A stretch of 64,000 nt of DNA, taken from contig CM082581.2 in assembly GCA_040954595.2 (NCBI GenBank), positions 248,001 to 312,000 on the forward strand. Reading direction: 5' to 3'. Shown here one piece after another: positions 28,101-40,922 of the stretch. The position numbers were made by a program, and so were the translations under genes. Source of the stretch: Balanoglossus misakiensis. Lineage: Eukaryota; Animalia; Hemichordata. Numbering within the stretch: the first letter of the stretch is position 1; each line of letters opens with the position of its first letter. The notes under the pieces are model-generated. The model did not search any database, was not told the origin of the DNA, and saw nothing but the letters and a program-made list of their open reading frames with translations.

Positions 28101-31100
28101 ATAACATGGTGTACGGTGCAATGAGCCTGTTTAAAGCGGTATTGTGGCTACATACATATTTAAACTTGGTTACATCTGTTGTTCCCATGGTGAGGTTGAC
28201 AATCAGGCAGTTCATATCACCAGCAGGGCTCTATAACTTTTTAATTTTCAGAAGTTATAAGCCGAAAACACCTAACCAGTTTGGTCAGCATAACCGTGAC
28301 TATATTTTGAATAGATTCTAGTGTATTTACCTGGTTTTAGCTGAATAGACAACTTTCATTCAATTTAATGTACATGTATATCAAAAATTCAGTGACTGGA
28401 GTTTTTGACTCTAAAATGCCAAGTTAGCTATCAAACATGCTGCAAAGCAATGTCAGTTTAACCATCAATGAGCAAACTGCTCAATCCCAGAGATTGCAAC
28501 AATAGCCAGCATTTTAAGTCAGAGGTCACATGCAGCTGAATCAGAAAACGCACACAATTTAGCCAATAAATTGTCAGTTGAGGTTACTTTCTGTTTAGTG
28601 CTGCAATAGTTCAAACTTTACTTTTATAACCTTTGAAATGTAATTCAGTGAACAGGTGACAGATCATTGCTTTGTGATATTTAATTAAGCTATTATTTTC
28701 TTTTCAATTTCCAGAACCGTAATGATAACAACACCGTGTGCATCTTGGCGGAGTTGCCAGAAGACGTGTATCAATTATTCAGAGATGTTGTGCAACTGCA
28801 TGAAGAAGGACGACTGAAGAATCAACGTCTTTCAAAGAAAGAAAGGATGCACAAACCAGATATCAAGGCATATGTGTTTCGAGACCTTGCTTATCTGAAT
28901 AGAGCTACAATCAAGATTCAACTGGAACACTTGCTGAACAATGTAATGACTTTATCAGAGTTCATGACTGAGAACACTTTTCTCAGAAGTCTGGCGACTG
29001 TGCAGAGACATTTTATGGCCCAATTAGGACTAAAATCGTGGGACGAAGTTGAAAAGATGTATCCTTACCATGCAACAAGGGAACACCTCAAAAGATATGT
29101 CGACCTGAAGTTCAAGCATGGAACCCCAGAAGTAATGGTTCAGGCATGCCATGCTCTCAAAGACAAAGGACAAGAAAGACCAGTAGATGACGGCCATGCA
29201 CCAGTACAAGAGAGTTTCATTGGCCTGCATTGTACGAAAAGCCATGCTGTGCTGTTGGCGCCAAAGGAGGTTAGCATGTCAGAAATCAGGAGAGTAACAG
29301 CAGATTTCTCAGGTGCTGCACTGTGTGTATTGAACATGCCAGAAGTAAGTAGTTGTTTATTATCAGTGGCAGAAAATGTAAGTTTAAGTATTATGTGTGG
29401 GAATATAGGTAGGAATACACAGTAAATTACCTACAGTATATGCATTTCCATTGTCCACCATTGTCCACACAATTTGTGCAAGTTTCTTTTTCCCTCCATA
29501 AAGTTACTACATGTAGTTAAATATCTTGTAGATTTTTGTCGACCAGGCTTGTTGTTCTGAGTAATTACCTAGCGATAAGTTGTGTTATATCTATTTTAAT
29601 TGTTTGTGTTAAAATTGATTTGAGACTCATTTGTGAAAGCAGTTGCCTGAGCAATGTCAAGTTTACTAAAAAATAAGCATGCAGCCAATGGAATAAACTT
29701 CACATAGAAATTTCCCTTGATGTATCTGTGGTTAGAATAAAATCTGACCAGAAGTGATGACATCATGGCATAGTTTAAAAAAATGTTACTCAATATGTTC
29801 TGATGCCATGTGACCTTGTGTATCTTGCAACCATGAAAAATTGTATATTATTTACAAAAAAGAATATAGTACCCCCATGTGCATATTAATTTATATATTT
29901 TTTATTTGTTCTTATTCCAGGCATGGAGTAATGACGACTTGACGGAATTTGCGGTGGCATTACGGTCAATGAATCTGGATAGTGGCGTGCCATATTATAC
30001 ACTGGTGGTGCCAACACCTATGTCGAAGATGAGTGAGATACAGCGAGTTTTAAGAAAAACTGAAATGTTTACTAGAGTGGAAGATGTTTACTACTTCGTA
30101 GAAAATACAAAGTCAGGTGAGTGTGTCTCAATTACAGACCAAATCTGAGAAGTTTGAGCTTGCTTTGTTAATTCTGAGGTCTAAATATTGAGGGTTGTCC
30201 CTGTTGCAGCATATGTCTCTAAAAAGGTCATATGTTGAATATGTCATGCATATTGATTTAAATACACAGAACAAAATACCTTTTTCTACATTAGCCATTT
30301 GATTTATAATGAGAACAGAATTGTAGTGCACTATAACTGATTGTAACTCCTGACTTCACATATAGTTTTAGAATATCCGTATAAAATAATTTTATATTTT
30401 TGTTACGTTTATCTAGTGATCATGATTCATTCTTATTTCTGTGCATACTAAGTAATTTCGTGTAAATTTTCCTTGTGAAAGGAAAGAATACATTCTGGAA
30501 GAGTGTTCATGGCGTGGTGGTGGCATTCTGGTCTTCAACTGATCAAGTAACTGACGGCCAGGTCAATTTCAACGGGGAACCACATCATAACCTGCTCAAT
30601 GTCTGCATGGATAAGCTGCTGACAGATGAAAATGGGATAACCATCGATGAAAATCAAAGGCCCATAGAGTTGATAGAAAGATTCATCAAGTTGTTTACCA
30701 GAGCTGGAGATTGGGTCATCGAAGTAGCAAGCAGTACAGGCATGTATAAACATCCATTTAGCTATTACATTTACTGGCTTAGCTGTTAATTGTATCTCTG
30801 TTGTTATCTGGTCTTGTTAGCTCACATATACACCCTATCATACCTATATTGCAATAGGCGCTTATCTAGCAAATGTGTGTCAACATAAAACAATTGAACA
30901 TTTATCTTGATATTTGGTGTTCATATTGATGATATCAAAAGTAGCACTTTATTTTCTGTTTACCAAAATATACTAAGTACAGTCGAGGTTTTATATTCTC
31001 AATTCTTCCAAAGATGTTAAAAATACCGACTGATTAAATTTTCAGGTTCTTCACTGGTTGCGTGCCTACGTCATGGAAGGCCTTGCCTGATGTTTGAAGA

Positions 31101-31209
31101 AGATAAGAACAAATTTGATGCCATTTTGAAACGCGCTACGGTCGAAGAAAGCAAAATGGCAGTTGGCAGCCTTGAAGGTTTGATTGATGAAAGTGAGGAA
31201 GAATCTTAA
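25110..31209 (+). CDS. Spliced ~786-aa protein: ParB/sulfiredoxin-like domain plus C-terminal beta-class N4C/N6A DNA methyltransferase-like fold. Exons: 25110-25355, 25844-26118, 26277-26410, 26902-27071, 27395-27601, 27936-28016, 28715-29344, 29921-30116, 30482-30739, 31046-31209
   Basis: Phase-compatible splice sites (one GC donor); AATAAA near 31250. ParB-like: LHISNLEVGTNRELDDEFVEFLVKKM...YQPYCVV...YRIIGGQHNFKAA. MTase-like: ENQRPIELIERFIKLFTRAGDWVIEVASSTGSSLVACLRHGRPCLMFEEDKNKFDAILKR, matching the QKP..L.ERLI...T..GD.VLDPF.GSGTT..AA...GR...G.E.D consensus. Start codon uncertain. Confidence 0.8.
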
Positions 31210-31499
31210 TTTATTGTATATATTTAACTAGAAATTTTGTTTGTTTTGAAATAAAAAGTTAAGCCAATACCATGATTGTTTTTGAGCCGTTACTTTAAAA
31301 CAACTTTTGTTTTACAAACAACAAACCTCACAGGTGATTGCACTTTACAGTAACAATACAGTTTATGTGAAAAAAAACATAGGAAGACGAGTAACCACAA
31401 ATTAATATTTTGGCTGACAAAATTAATATTTCCAGTAAGCAAGATTTCCCCTAGCCTAGTCCTAGCCGTATTTTGTCCGCTTTGGACTAGGCCTTGACT

Positions 31500-31952
31500 A
31501 GATTTCCCTAAGTTGGAGACGGTTCACAATAGAACACCGTCTCCCCACCTCCTCAGCTTTCCCTGTACCAAAGCAAGATTTCCCCAAGTTGGAGATGGTT
31601 CACAATAGAACACCGTCTCCCCACCTCCTCAGCTTTCCCTGTACCAAAGCAAGATTTCCCCAAGTTGGAGACGGTTCACAATAGAACACCGTCTCCCCAC
31701 CTCCTCAGCTTTCCCTGTACCAAAGCAAGATTTCCCCAAGTTGGAGATGGTTCACAATAGAACACCGTCTCCCCACCTCCTCAGCTTTCCCTGTACCAAA
31801 GCAAGATTTCCCCAAGTTGGAGATGGTTCACAATAGAACACCGTCTCCCCACCTCCTTAGCTTTCCCTGTACCAAAGCAAGATTTCCCGAAGTTGGAGAT
31901 GGTTCACAATAGAATACCGTCTCCCCACCTCCTCAGCTTTCCCTGTACCAAA
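31500..31952 (+). repeat. Subterminal tandem array: 76-bp unit x 6 with hairpin
   Basis: GCAAGATTTCCCCAAGTTGGAGA(C/T)GGTTCACAATAGAACACCGTCTCCCCACCTCCTCAGCTTTCCCTGTACCAAA. Confidence 0.95.
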
Positions 31953-33887
31953 ACTATGCCATCATTCTTTCAATAAGACTTCATGGCGAGCATTTTCAGG
32001 TTTTGATTTTTTAAAAATGGCATTTTGAAATAAGATTGAAATATTTCATTTTTTTACTTGAAAAATATTATCATTTTTTAACCATTCAGTTCAGTATTGC
32101 CATTTATCATTTTGGTTACATGAAATATTTCAGTTTAATGGAGAGTATGCATAAGTGTAATATTTTACAGTAAAATTACTTGATTTTATCAAAATCTGAA
32201 TTTTCCAAAATAGATAAGAAGGTGTTCTGTAGTAGGGTTTGATGACAAGTAGTGTACACAATGGAATTCTGTTTTCCAGTTGCAATTTTTTAGTATTTGA
32301 AATTATGGGTGTGAAGTTTGTTTAATCATGAAATCAGTTTATAACACACCTCATCCACAGTCAGTGTTCTCATTCATTAATCAATAGTCAAGTAGTACGC
32401 GTTCTTTTTGTGCTGATCCATATAAAATGATGTCATCAGCCATCAGTTGTTGGAACTGTTGCACGCCGGGCATCAGTTCCAAAAAATGATGCCTGCTCAC
32501 ATCAAAAACAACATGTTGGGCATGTGCGATATGGAAAGCAAACAAAGATGTCATCTGCGGCCGAAGGAAAGGATAGTTGAGAAATTTCACCATACAATTT
32601 TTGTATCGTGAGTTCTTATGCGTAGCTGCGAATGAGATGTGTTACAAAACACATATTGACTGGCTTTTCAGGCATCAGCATACGTCTTTCACCCCTCGGG
32701 ACTGTGAGTCACCCCCAAAACAGACTGTTTCCCGAGGGCGAAGGTCAAGTGAAACAGTCTGTTTTGGGGATGACTCGCACTCCCTTGGGTTACAGATGTA
32801 TGCTGATGCCCTTATAGCCAGTCAACATGTGTATAATGTGCAGTCATGTAGGGTGCATCAATTTCACACTGATACATACAAAAGAGGACTTACCAGTCAA
32901 AAGTTACATTGTCAGGCAACAGTTCCGAAAACTGTTAAACTGTTGCCTGGCTAGGTTGGAAAGCACCATCTAGACATGCACACTCCAGAAAACTACAAGT
33001 GCAATTTTATCTTTGCCTGAGACCAACTTGATGGCAGTGGAGAAATGTCCTGATTTTATGCTACTGTTGGATGAGGTCTGTTATAAAACACATATGGACT
33101 GGCCGTATTCACGTACCATTAAGAGCATAATTATGTTTGTAGGGACTGCGAGTCACCCAAAAACAGTCTGTTTTGGGGCGATTTATTTTGGGGTGACTCA
33201 CAGATCCGAGGGGACACAATTTTAGTGGCAATTGATTCTGAGAAGCTTACTTTTTCCTAAGGTCTCTATTGTTGGTGATGTGATCCAGCAATCCATTCAG
33301 TATGGTACTAATAACAGTGGAGTTTGACACTGCCTCCTTCATCAGTGTCTGTGTGACTTCCTGTGCATGCAATGCAAGCTGGGTATTGATGGGTATTTTG
33401 AACTGACTGTAGAAGGCTATCCCATATATCCTGTGTAGACCTCTGCAGCACTTGATTTGACAGCCGTCTTGTTCAAAAGCCCTCTTAGAAGCTCTTTTGA
33501 CTGTGGAGAACAGTTGAAATCAAACTCTTTTGAACTGTACATGTATTACATCTTGTTCACAAGACTGAAAAACGGCCAGAAAGTGAAACACAAAGCTAGA
33601 AATATCATGTATAAACTCATTGGTTTGGTGTGCTTTGGTGTGCTTTTGTGTGGTGCAGTGTGCCCTTAACAAACACAATTTTTAAAAGCTTTGAGTCAAT
33701 TTAAGGATATCTAAAAATTTCTCTGAGGCAGCCCTATACATTTGAATGTGGTGTTGATAATTTTCTTGAGTGAACATTGAGCTTGTTGAGTCAGTAGCGT
33801 GACAAATGGGCTAGAGGGCACACTGCTGTGATATGCCATGGTGCGGAGACACTAGGGTAGGGAACAACATTAACAATAACAGACATA

Positions 33888-34548
33888 AATAATAAAACAT
33901 GATAGAGAGAGCAATATCACGATTTGAAGCCTGCATGAGGGATGGTGCTCTCTGACCACAATATTGATGATGCCCGAGCCGCAGGCGAGCCGCAGGCGAG
34001 GGTATCATCAATATTGTGGTTAGAGAGCACCAGCCCGAGGGCAGGATTCAAATCGTGATGTTGCCCAAGCATCATGTGCTATTAATTTTATTACGCCGAA
34101 CATTTGAACATATATACACTACAGCATAGAAGAACGTAGACTCGCGTCCATATGTCGTACGTTGCTGAGAATGTAAAATGTCTCGATCTCCCAAGAACTA
34201 TACCTACTTCGAACTCAGACAATTTTGAGGATACTGCGCTGTTGGTTGCGATTTTGGTGTATTTACTGTCTGTTTGCATAAAATATCGTCCATTTGAACA
34301 GGTATTAAGCTTATGTGTCGCTTTGAAGCCATAGATGCGGGAGTTGACTGATCGTGAAGGAAGCCATTGAACAACAGTTAGTACGCGCAGAAGTCGCACG
34401 CAGAACACCAAAACAACTCAGCGGCCAATATCAGCGCACGCGACAGGGCTTTATCAACTCTAGCCATGTTATATCACTTTTTTTTCTATATCACGTGAGC
34501 GCATCTCAGCCAATCATGAATACGGTATAATACATGAGGTGTAATAAT
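33888..34548. mobile_element. Non-autonomous hairpin-containing repeat, homologous to 1068-1700
   Basis: Direct sequence similarity between the two copies. Confidence 0.65.
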
Positions 34549-34602
34549 GAATATTATAACAACATGACAAAGTTCAATTAATCAATCAATCAATCAATCA
34601 AA

Positions 34603-35248
34603 AATCGTGTCAAGGACACAATGGTCCCATTGAGGAATTGCACAAGAAAAAGTGTACACCGGAGTACACGTTTTCACATATACAGACTGACAGACACACA
34701 CACACACATAGTGACAGATCAATGGGCAAGCACTGACTGACCCATAAGCTGCCAATGGCATTTGTACTGTACATACACTAAATAGAACAGCTGGTCTCTT
34801 TAAAACTTTAAAGCCAGTTATGTAATCATTCAAGAATTTGCTGTGTATATAAACAACTCAATAAAGTAAATACACACCACTTCGTAAAGCAATCTGACCA
34901 GTAGTTCTTGAGTTACTGAGTTTTGACCAAATTCACAGTTTCCCAGCTAATTTGCATATTTTTGGCAATGACAACTTCATTTGAACGAACTCCCATCTAC
35001 AGCCCAGCCTGCATCTGCAAACAAAATATCAAGGTGATACACGCAGAGGTTTTTTAAGTTTTTGATGTGGACGGACATACAGACATACACACATACACAC
35101 ATACATACTTACATACATACATACATACATACTGTTACATACATACATACATACATACATGCATGCATACATACATACATACATACATACATACATACAG
35201 ACGCAACCTATCCCATAAGGTCCCATGGTACATACCAATGGGACCTAA
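34603..35248 (+). mobile_element. Helentron/DINE-like non-autonomous element with long (CATA)n microsatellite
   Basis: 5' GTCAAGGACACAATGGTCCCATTGAGG; 3' GGTCCCATGGTACATACCAATGGGACC stem-loop; aligns to 42560-43160. Confidence 0.6.
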
Positions 35249-35394
35249 TCAAAAACATTTATATGGCGGTAATATCCCGATGTACTGTTCAGTGGCGGCC
35301 AATGGTTGTTCACACACTGTAGGCTATTTCAAACAAATATGTCTTCAGTTTTATCTAATAAGACTCAAGATTGGGTGTTAGTCAAATCTCATTA

Positions 35395-35555
35395 AGCTGT
35401 CAGTTCCATAGCTTTGCAGTAGCATAAGAAAATGCACGTCCACAATTGACTTGCTTGTACTGTGTTGTTGTCAGAAGGTTCTTTTCCTGAGACCTTAAGT
35501 TGCGAGAAGGGGTATATTGATTAACCATGTTAGAAATGTACTCCAGGGTAAGGCA
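35395..35555 (-). mobile_element. CR1/L2 LINE 3' fragment
   Basis: YISNMVNQYTPSRNLRSQEKNLL...RAFSYATAKLWN. Confidence 0.65.
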
Positions 35556-36872
35556 ATGAGTTTCTTTACTTCTGAATATCATTACCTGATTAGCCTGTAG
35601 GAAAGTCAGCCCTAGGAGTCTGGTAGCCAGTTCATGTGGGGTTGGTGAAAGATGGGCAGCGATAAGTGAGTTGCCTGTCTTTGTAGCAATGCTCTCAAAC
35701 ACAGCAGTCAACAACTTGTAGGACAGTTTATCACCAGTGATACCTCCCTGCAGTGTGAATAAAAATATTGCCATTTACTTTGTAATATATCCAAAATCAG
35801 AAAAGGGCATACTGGTAAATGTTATCTGCATTATTATGAAGGCGTTTTTACATTCCTGGATCACATAAGCTTGTATTGTAAAGGCTAAAGCTCCGTATGT
35901 ATTGTAACTTTCCCGGTTGCTGTGTTACAAGAGTTTATTTTCCTCAGGAAGCTTGTTGAAAAAAAGGTGTGTTTGATTCGTGTCTGATATTGAAGTTGTC
36001 CCCTTTTCATGTTCATGATTCCACAAACAGAACCAAATCAAATCCATCAGAAATAACATTATCCAGCCTGTGGAAATATCTAAGTAAAAGGCTAGAGATT
36101 ATCACTTGTTCTGCATATGACAGAAAATAAATACTGCTAAATACTGGCACAAGTTTGCAGTCCATAAACCCCGGTGCAGGGTATAAAAAGCCCCCCCCAA
36201 ATCAGTGGCGAATCTTAATGCCGTTTGACTGACAACAGACAATACCAACGATCTCGGCTCTATGAAAATTGGCCCAAACAGGTCCAAGCATACAGAATTA
36301 CACCACACAACGACAGTAGTTGGCTTTATAAACACACACAACATAAAGTTATCGACGAAAAAGTAAACGAGCTTTGGAAACAACGATGATTTTGGGAGAA
36401 ATCTGGTTTCAGTGCTTTTCAGAACAATGGATCGCGTCCCTGGGAAACAATGGCCACGCAATTCAAACAGCTGTCAATCGCATGGAGTTGTAAAGTGTTC
36501 AATTATTTTCAATGTACATGAGATCAATTACACAGTTGTTATGCACGATGACCACTCCCAAATAAACAACTATACAAACACACGTTAATCCGAATCCCCG
36601 GCCTTTTACGCACCGGGGTTTAAGAACTCCCTCATCTTTGGCTTATTCAGTAACTGACCTTTTGTTGCAACGCTGGAAGCAAGTTTGCCTTGTGAAGCTG
36701 TTCATATTCTGATACCATGTGAATCAGTTTGATAATGTTAACACCCTTCTCACTGCCTTTCAGTAAAGATGGTGTAATCAGGAGAATATCATCATGTCTG
36801 TAATAGATAATGATAAGACACTGTCATTTTGGTGGTCTATTTTGCTCAGAGATTATGAGGATCTAATGACAG

Positions 36873-36873
36873 A

Positions 36874-36915
<42 letters not shown>
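36873..36915 (+). repeat. (GAT)n microsatellite
   Basis: Directly visible. Confidence 0.95.
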
Positions 36916-37193
36916 AACAGAGAGACTTAATTCCATTTCATTAGCACTCTGAGTCACTGAATGATTATGAATCCTTACCCTTTCTGGCCAAGCATCTTCT
37001 GGATTCATTTTTTCAAATCCATCACAACACTCTTAGGTGCTTTCTGTGCAAGCAGTCCCAGTAATTGTCAAGTCTGCTCCCAATGATAAAATAACAATTA
37101 TAAATATTATATCATGCTACAATCTGCCAGTCTGAATGGATGAGAGCTCAACCAAATAATGCTTAGCACTTCCAAACCCGGCCCTTTAACTAG

Positions 37194-37372
37194 TAGTGCA
37201 GGAGCTTAACCCCACATTTTGGCATAATTGTGCACTTTGGGTTAAAAGCATAAAACTTGGTACACTTATGCATTGACCCATGGCGGCCATTTTCTGATAT
37301 GGATCCAAAATGACAGCCAAGTTTCATGCTTTTAACCCAAAGTGCACGATTTTTTTGTTAACTGCCCCACTA
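37194..37372. mobile_element. Minimal deletion derivative of the TAGTG-terminal (Academ-like) element, TAG TSD
   Basis: tag|TAGTGCAGGAGC...CTGCCCCACTA|tag; same ends as 57300-59236. Confidence 0.8.
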
Positions 37373-38868
37373 TAGCATGCTAAAGAGGAAATTCATGCCA
37401 TTCTCATTATGTATCATTTCTTTGCAAAAAAAATTCTTCCACAAAGGCACCTGACAAATGGGACCGCATAATATTGATCTCTTCATTTTGGCACAACATA
37501 GTTCCAAATTTCATCCTAACAAGTTTTATTTGACAATCAAAATTAGCTGATGTATGTATGTGATAAACATATCTTTCTCGTCATTAGTCCTCACTCGTGT
37601 ACCTGTGTTACAGACTATTGATTCCCCTTATAGCTGCAATCCCCCCATAAGGGAATCACTCATCCACAACACAGACACACTTGTTTAAAATATGGGGAAA
37701 ACCGTTATAAATTCTTATAATAATACTTACCCTGGCAGGCAAGTTATTGATGACTTCAACATCACCCATGTCAAAACCAAGAGATGTGGGGTCTAAAACA
37801 GAAGCTGGTGATGCATTCGTACAAATGGGTGCTCCACAAGCTGCTTGGGATGGACTGCTAAAGCAAAACATCAAATCCGTAATCAAAAAATTGGTGTCAT
37901 TCATTACACTATTAACACTGTATAGAGGCTTAATGAGGCCACAGGAATATATATTTTTTATTTCATGAATTTTTTATTACAGGCATGAAATAAAAAAATT
38001 ACTCCTGTGGCCTCATTAAGCCTCTGTAACACTGCATGGTTAAAATAGTAATTTGTGTGTATTTTGTACTTACAATCACCGCATTTGAATGAATCAATGG
38101 GACACTTAGAAGAAAACAAAAATAATTATCATTCATTGTCTTACTTCAAACTGAATGTGATAATGTCATCATATAAATGTCTTTATCATACATGCAACGC
38201 CTGTATTTGGCACTTTCTATTGTTCTCGCCCCGAAGATATTTTACAGTACTACACTGAGTGCAATATATCTTCACTCCGTGTCTCGAACTATTTTTGAGA
38301 ACGCGCGGCGCGACAGTTCGCTGCGCGTGCGAGCGACGTATGGGGCATAGGACACTAGAGGAGAGGGGTGTTGTAAAATTCGGTTATTAGAAGCTGTAAT
38401 AATGTTTTCAAAGCTGGCAGTTTTGCCATGTTGAACGTATCATTTTTACTTCTTTGAAATTCTCAATGCAAAATAATTGTTAACATGATATTTTGAAAGA
38501 GAACGTAGACAATTTTATTTAGAATGCGGATGTGCCCATCGTAATGAAAGCTGCCAACCCCCTTAAAATGATACTACGGCCCACACGTCATACGTCACAA
38601 CATGGCTACTGCCGTGATCCCAGGGCGCCCGTTCAAATTTGAAATCGTTTTTCTCGGCGCATTTTCGCAAATTGTACTGTTTTATAGGTAGGCATGTATG
38701 ATAAAGGGGTTATTACACGAATTTTGGCTGATAACGCGACGCATTTCTCATGATGTCCGTATTTTGACTTGTTGCTTAGCAACTCGTCCAAAAACGGACA
38801 TCACTCGAATACGACGCGTTATCGACCAAAATTCGTGTAATAACCCCTAAATATGGACTGCAAACGTA

Positions 38869-39059
38869 TACTGTAAAACAGGTTATTTTCATGAAAGAGG
38901 CAACTGTTATGCGAGAATTAATTTTCACTTTCCATATTTTCATTTATTGCATCGTTATCTGTCAAAAACATTTTTTGCGACTTTTTATTTTCACTATTTT
39001 TTGGCTCTCGTGTATCTCGCGAAAATTTATTGCTCGCGAAAATAAACTGTTTTACAGTA
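38869..39059. mobile_element. Small TA-flanked MITE (CTGTAAAAC termini)
   Basis: taCTGTAAAACAGGTTATTTTC...GAAAATAAACTGTTTTACAGta. Confidence 0.75.
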
Positions 39060-40922
39060 CCTTTAGACATCAATAACCAAATGAATATATTCACTCTTAA
39101 CCCTTTCACCCCCTAATCCCTCTAAAGAGGTCCAATTTCACCATAGAAACAATTGTGGTAACCGGGTTAGAGCAGCTTTTAAAGGGCATGTCATACTTGT
39201 CTTTGAACTTCAAGTAACTACGTAAATGCATATTGAACCAGTAAATTATATTTGAAGAATTTGCAGAGGCAAGGAAAATTATCACAAAGTGGATGAAGTG
39301 AGATATAACAGGTGAATGGCTGGTCTGACTGGACAGTTCTAATCAACAACACTTTTTACAAGTACTGTTTAACCCTTTCAAAGCCATGGTTCAGTCCAAA
39401 CGCATTGTTTCCTATGGAATGTACGACCTCTAAAGAGAGAACTTGGGTGAAATGGGACAAAGTCTCTCTCTTGCTGCCTTTTCCATAAATAATGTTTGAT
39501 ACAAGACACTGTTTATGTTATTCTACATGTGGATATATAGTGAATCAACGTTCAACCACACACAACTTCCATCCCACTTGCAGACACTAGAGTGAAAAAG
39601 TCACCAAATTGAATAATTGGTGTTTACCGTTTATTCATTTTGGCGAGATTTTTACTCTCATATGCTTCAAATGGGATGGAAGGTGTGTGTGGTCGAACGT
39701 TGATTCACTATATATCCACATGACATAAACGGTGTCTAGTATCAAACATAGTTAATGGATAAAAGGCAGCGAGAGAGAGACTTTGTTCCTCTGAAGTATA
39801 CCTTAAATCACTACTCATAATCAATATTGTTTTATGTAATTTTTTGTTGGATCAACCTCACCCTTCTTATATCACATAAACAGAAATAAAATTTATAACA
39901 TGTCCCTTGTATAACAAAAATAGCATAAATGACACTGTGCTCACATTTTGAGGCGAAAAACTGCATCCTTCATCCTTACCTTTCCCAATTCATTGGAGTG
40001 GAGAGCCAGCAAGACAGTCAGGAAATCAGTCAATCGAACAATGATAGTACATTCGCTCTTGTTGTAACTTTCCATCTCTCTTGGAGTAAACACCAGTCCT
40101 TGCACAGTTGTGTCAAAACACTTGGCTGCACCATAGATATCTTCTAACGCAAGCTTTGTCAGAAAGAACTCCAGCGATTTAAACAGACTGCTGGTTTTTT
40201 GCACTTTGCCTGTGTGCAAAGATAGAATAAATTCAAATAATGACACACTAGTTGTCAGAAAAAATTCAATTCAAGCTCAAGCAAATTCTTTGGCTTAGGA
40301 TAGGTCAATTTGTCTGTTAAATATTAGGCCAAAGTAAATTCTTTGTGTTACATCCACACAAATATAAGTTTTCAAATGTTTTCAAGTAAAACACATGCAG
40401 AGTTTTCTTGGGAAATTTTTCTTATGGACAATATTGAATCACAAAATTAAGTCATGACTCTGTGCAGTCATAAGACAGCCACTGAACCAAATCACTACAG
40501 GGACATTCATATAGCATGACAAAATGAAGGAAAAATTGTTTTGTACTAGATTTTTGTTGTGTACTGTTTTATAACCGTTTAGCCACCTAGCTAACAGAAT
40601 ACTCAGTGGGTGCAAAATAAAGAATTTACTTTAATATTTTGGCCTTATGTCTATTCTGCAAATACAAGCACAGTGTTTTATTTGGGTAATACACAGTGCT
40701 TTAGAAGACCCAACCTACCGGTAATAGGTTAGCCATTTATGCACCTGTATTACACCTGTTCAAAGAGTAAATTGATTGATGAGGAACGAACTAATCAAAG
40801 ACAACCTTATGAGATTGCTTGTGTTTCAAATGAGCAATACTACATGCTGTTTTACATTAGGTAGTGTTGCTGTAAAAAATAAAACTCCACAAACAAACTT
40901 CATTTTTTATTTGTTGTGTTGA

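Larger units (their letters stand above)
15821..32227. mobile_element. 16.4-kb autonomous-looking Sola-like DNA transposon with a cargo gene, inserted in a PRKDC intron
   Basis: Left AACACCTTCTGATCTATTTTGGAAAATTCTGATTTTGA versus right TCAAAATCTGAATTTTCCAAAATAGATAAGAAGGTGTT (2 mismatches in 38 bp); TGTA at 15817-15820 and 32228-32231; right end has one extra C. Confidence 0.88.

Noticed and set aside
31500-31952. Hairpin followed by CCA resembling a tRNA fragment or CRISPR repeat
   Set aside because: No cloverleaf or recognisable A/B boxes, and the spacers are invariant.
32381-33230. ADDIILYG motif suggesting a Gypsy RT remnant
   Set aside because: Too short and degraded to support or delimit a call.
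35029-35381. HTYI/MYVC repeat ORFs (also at 14008-14304)
   Set aside because: Translations of (CATA)n microsatellites.
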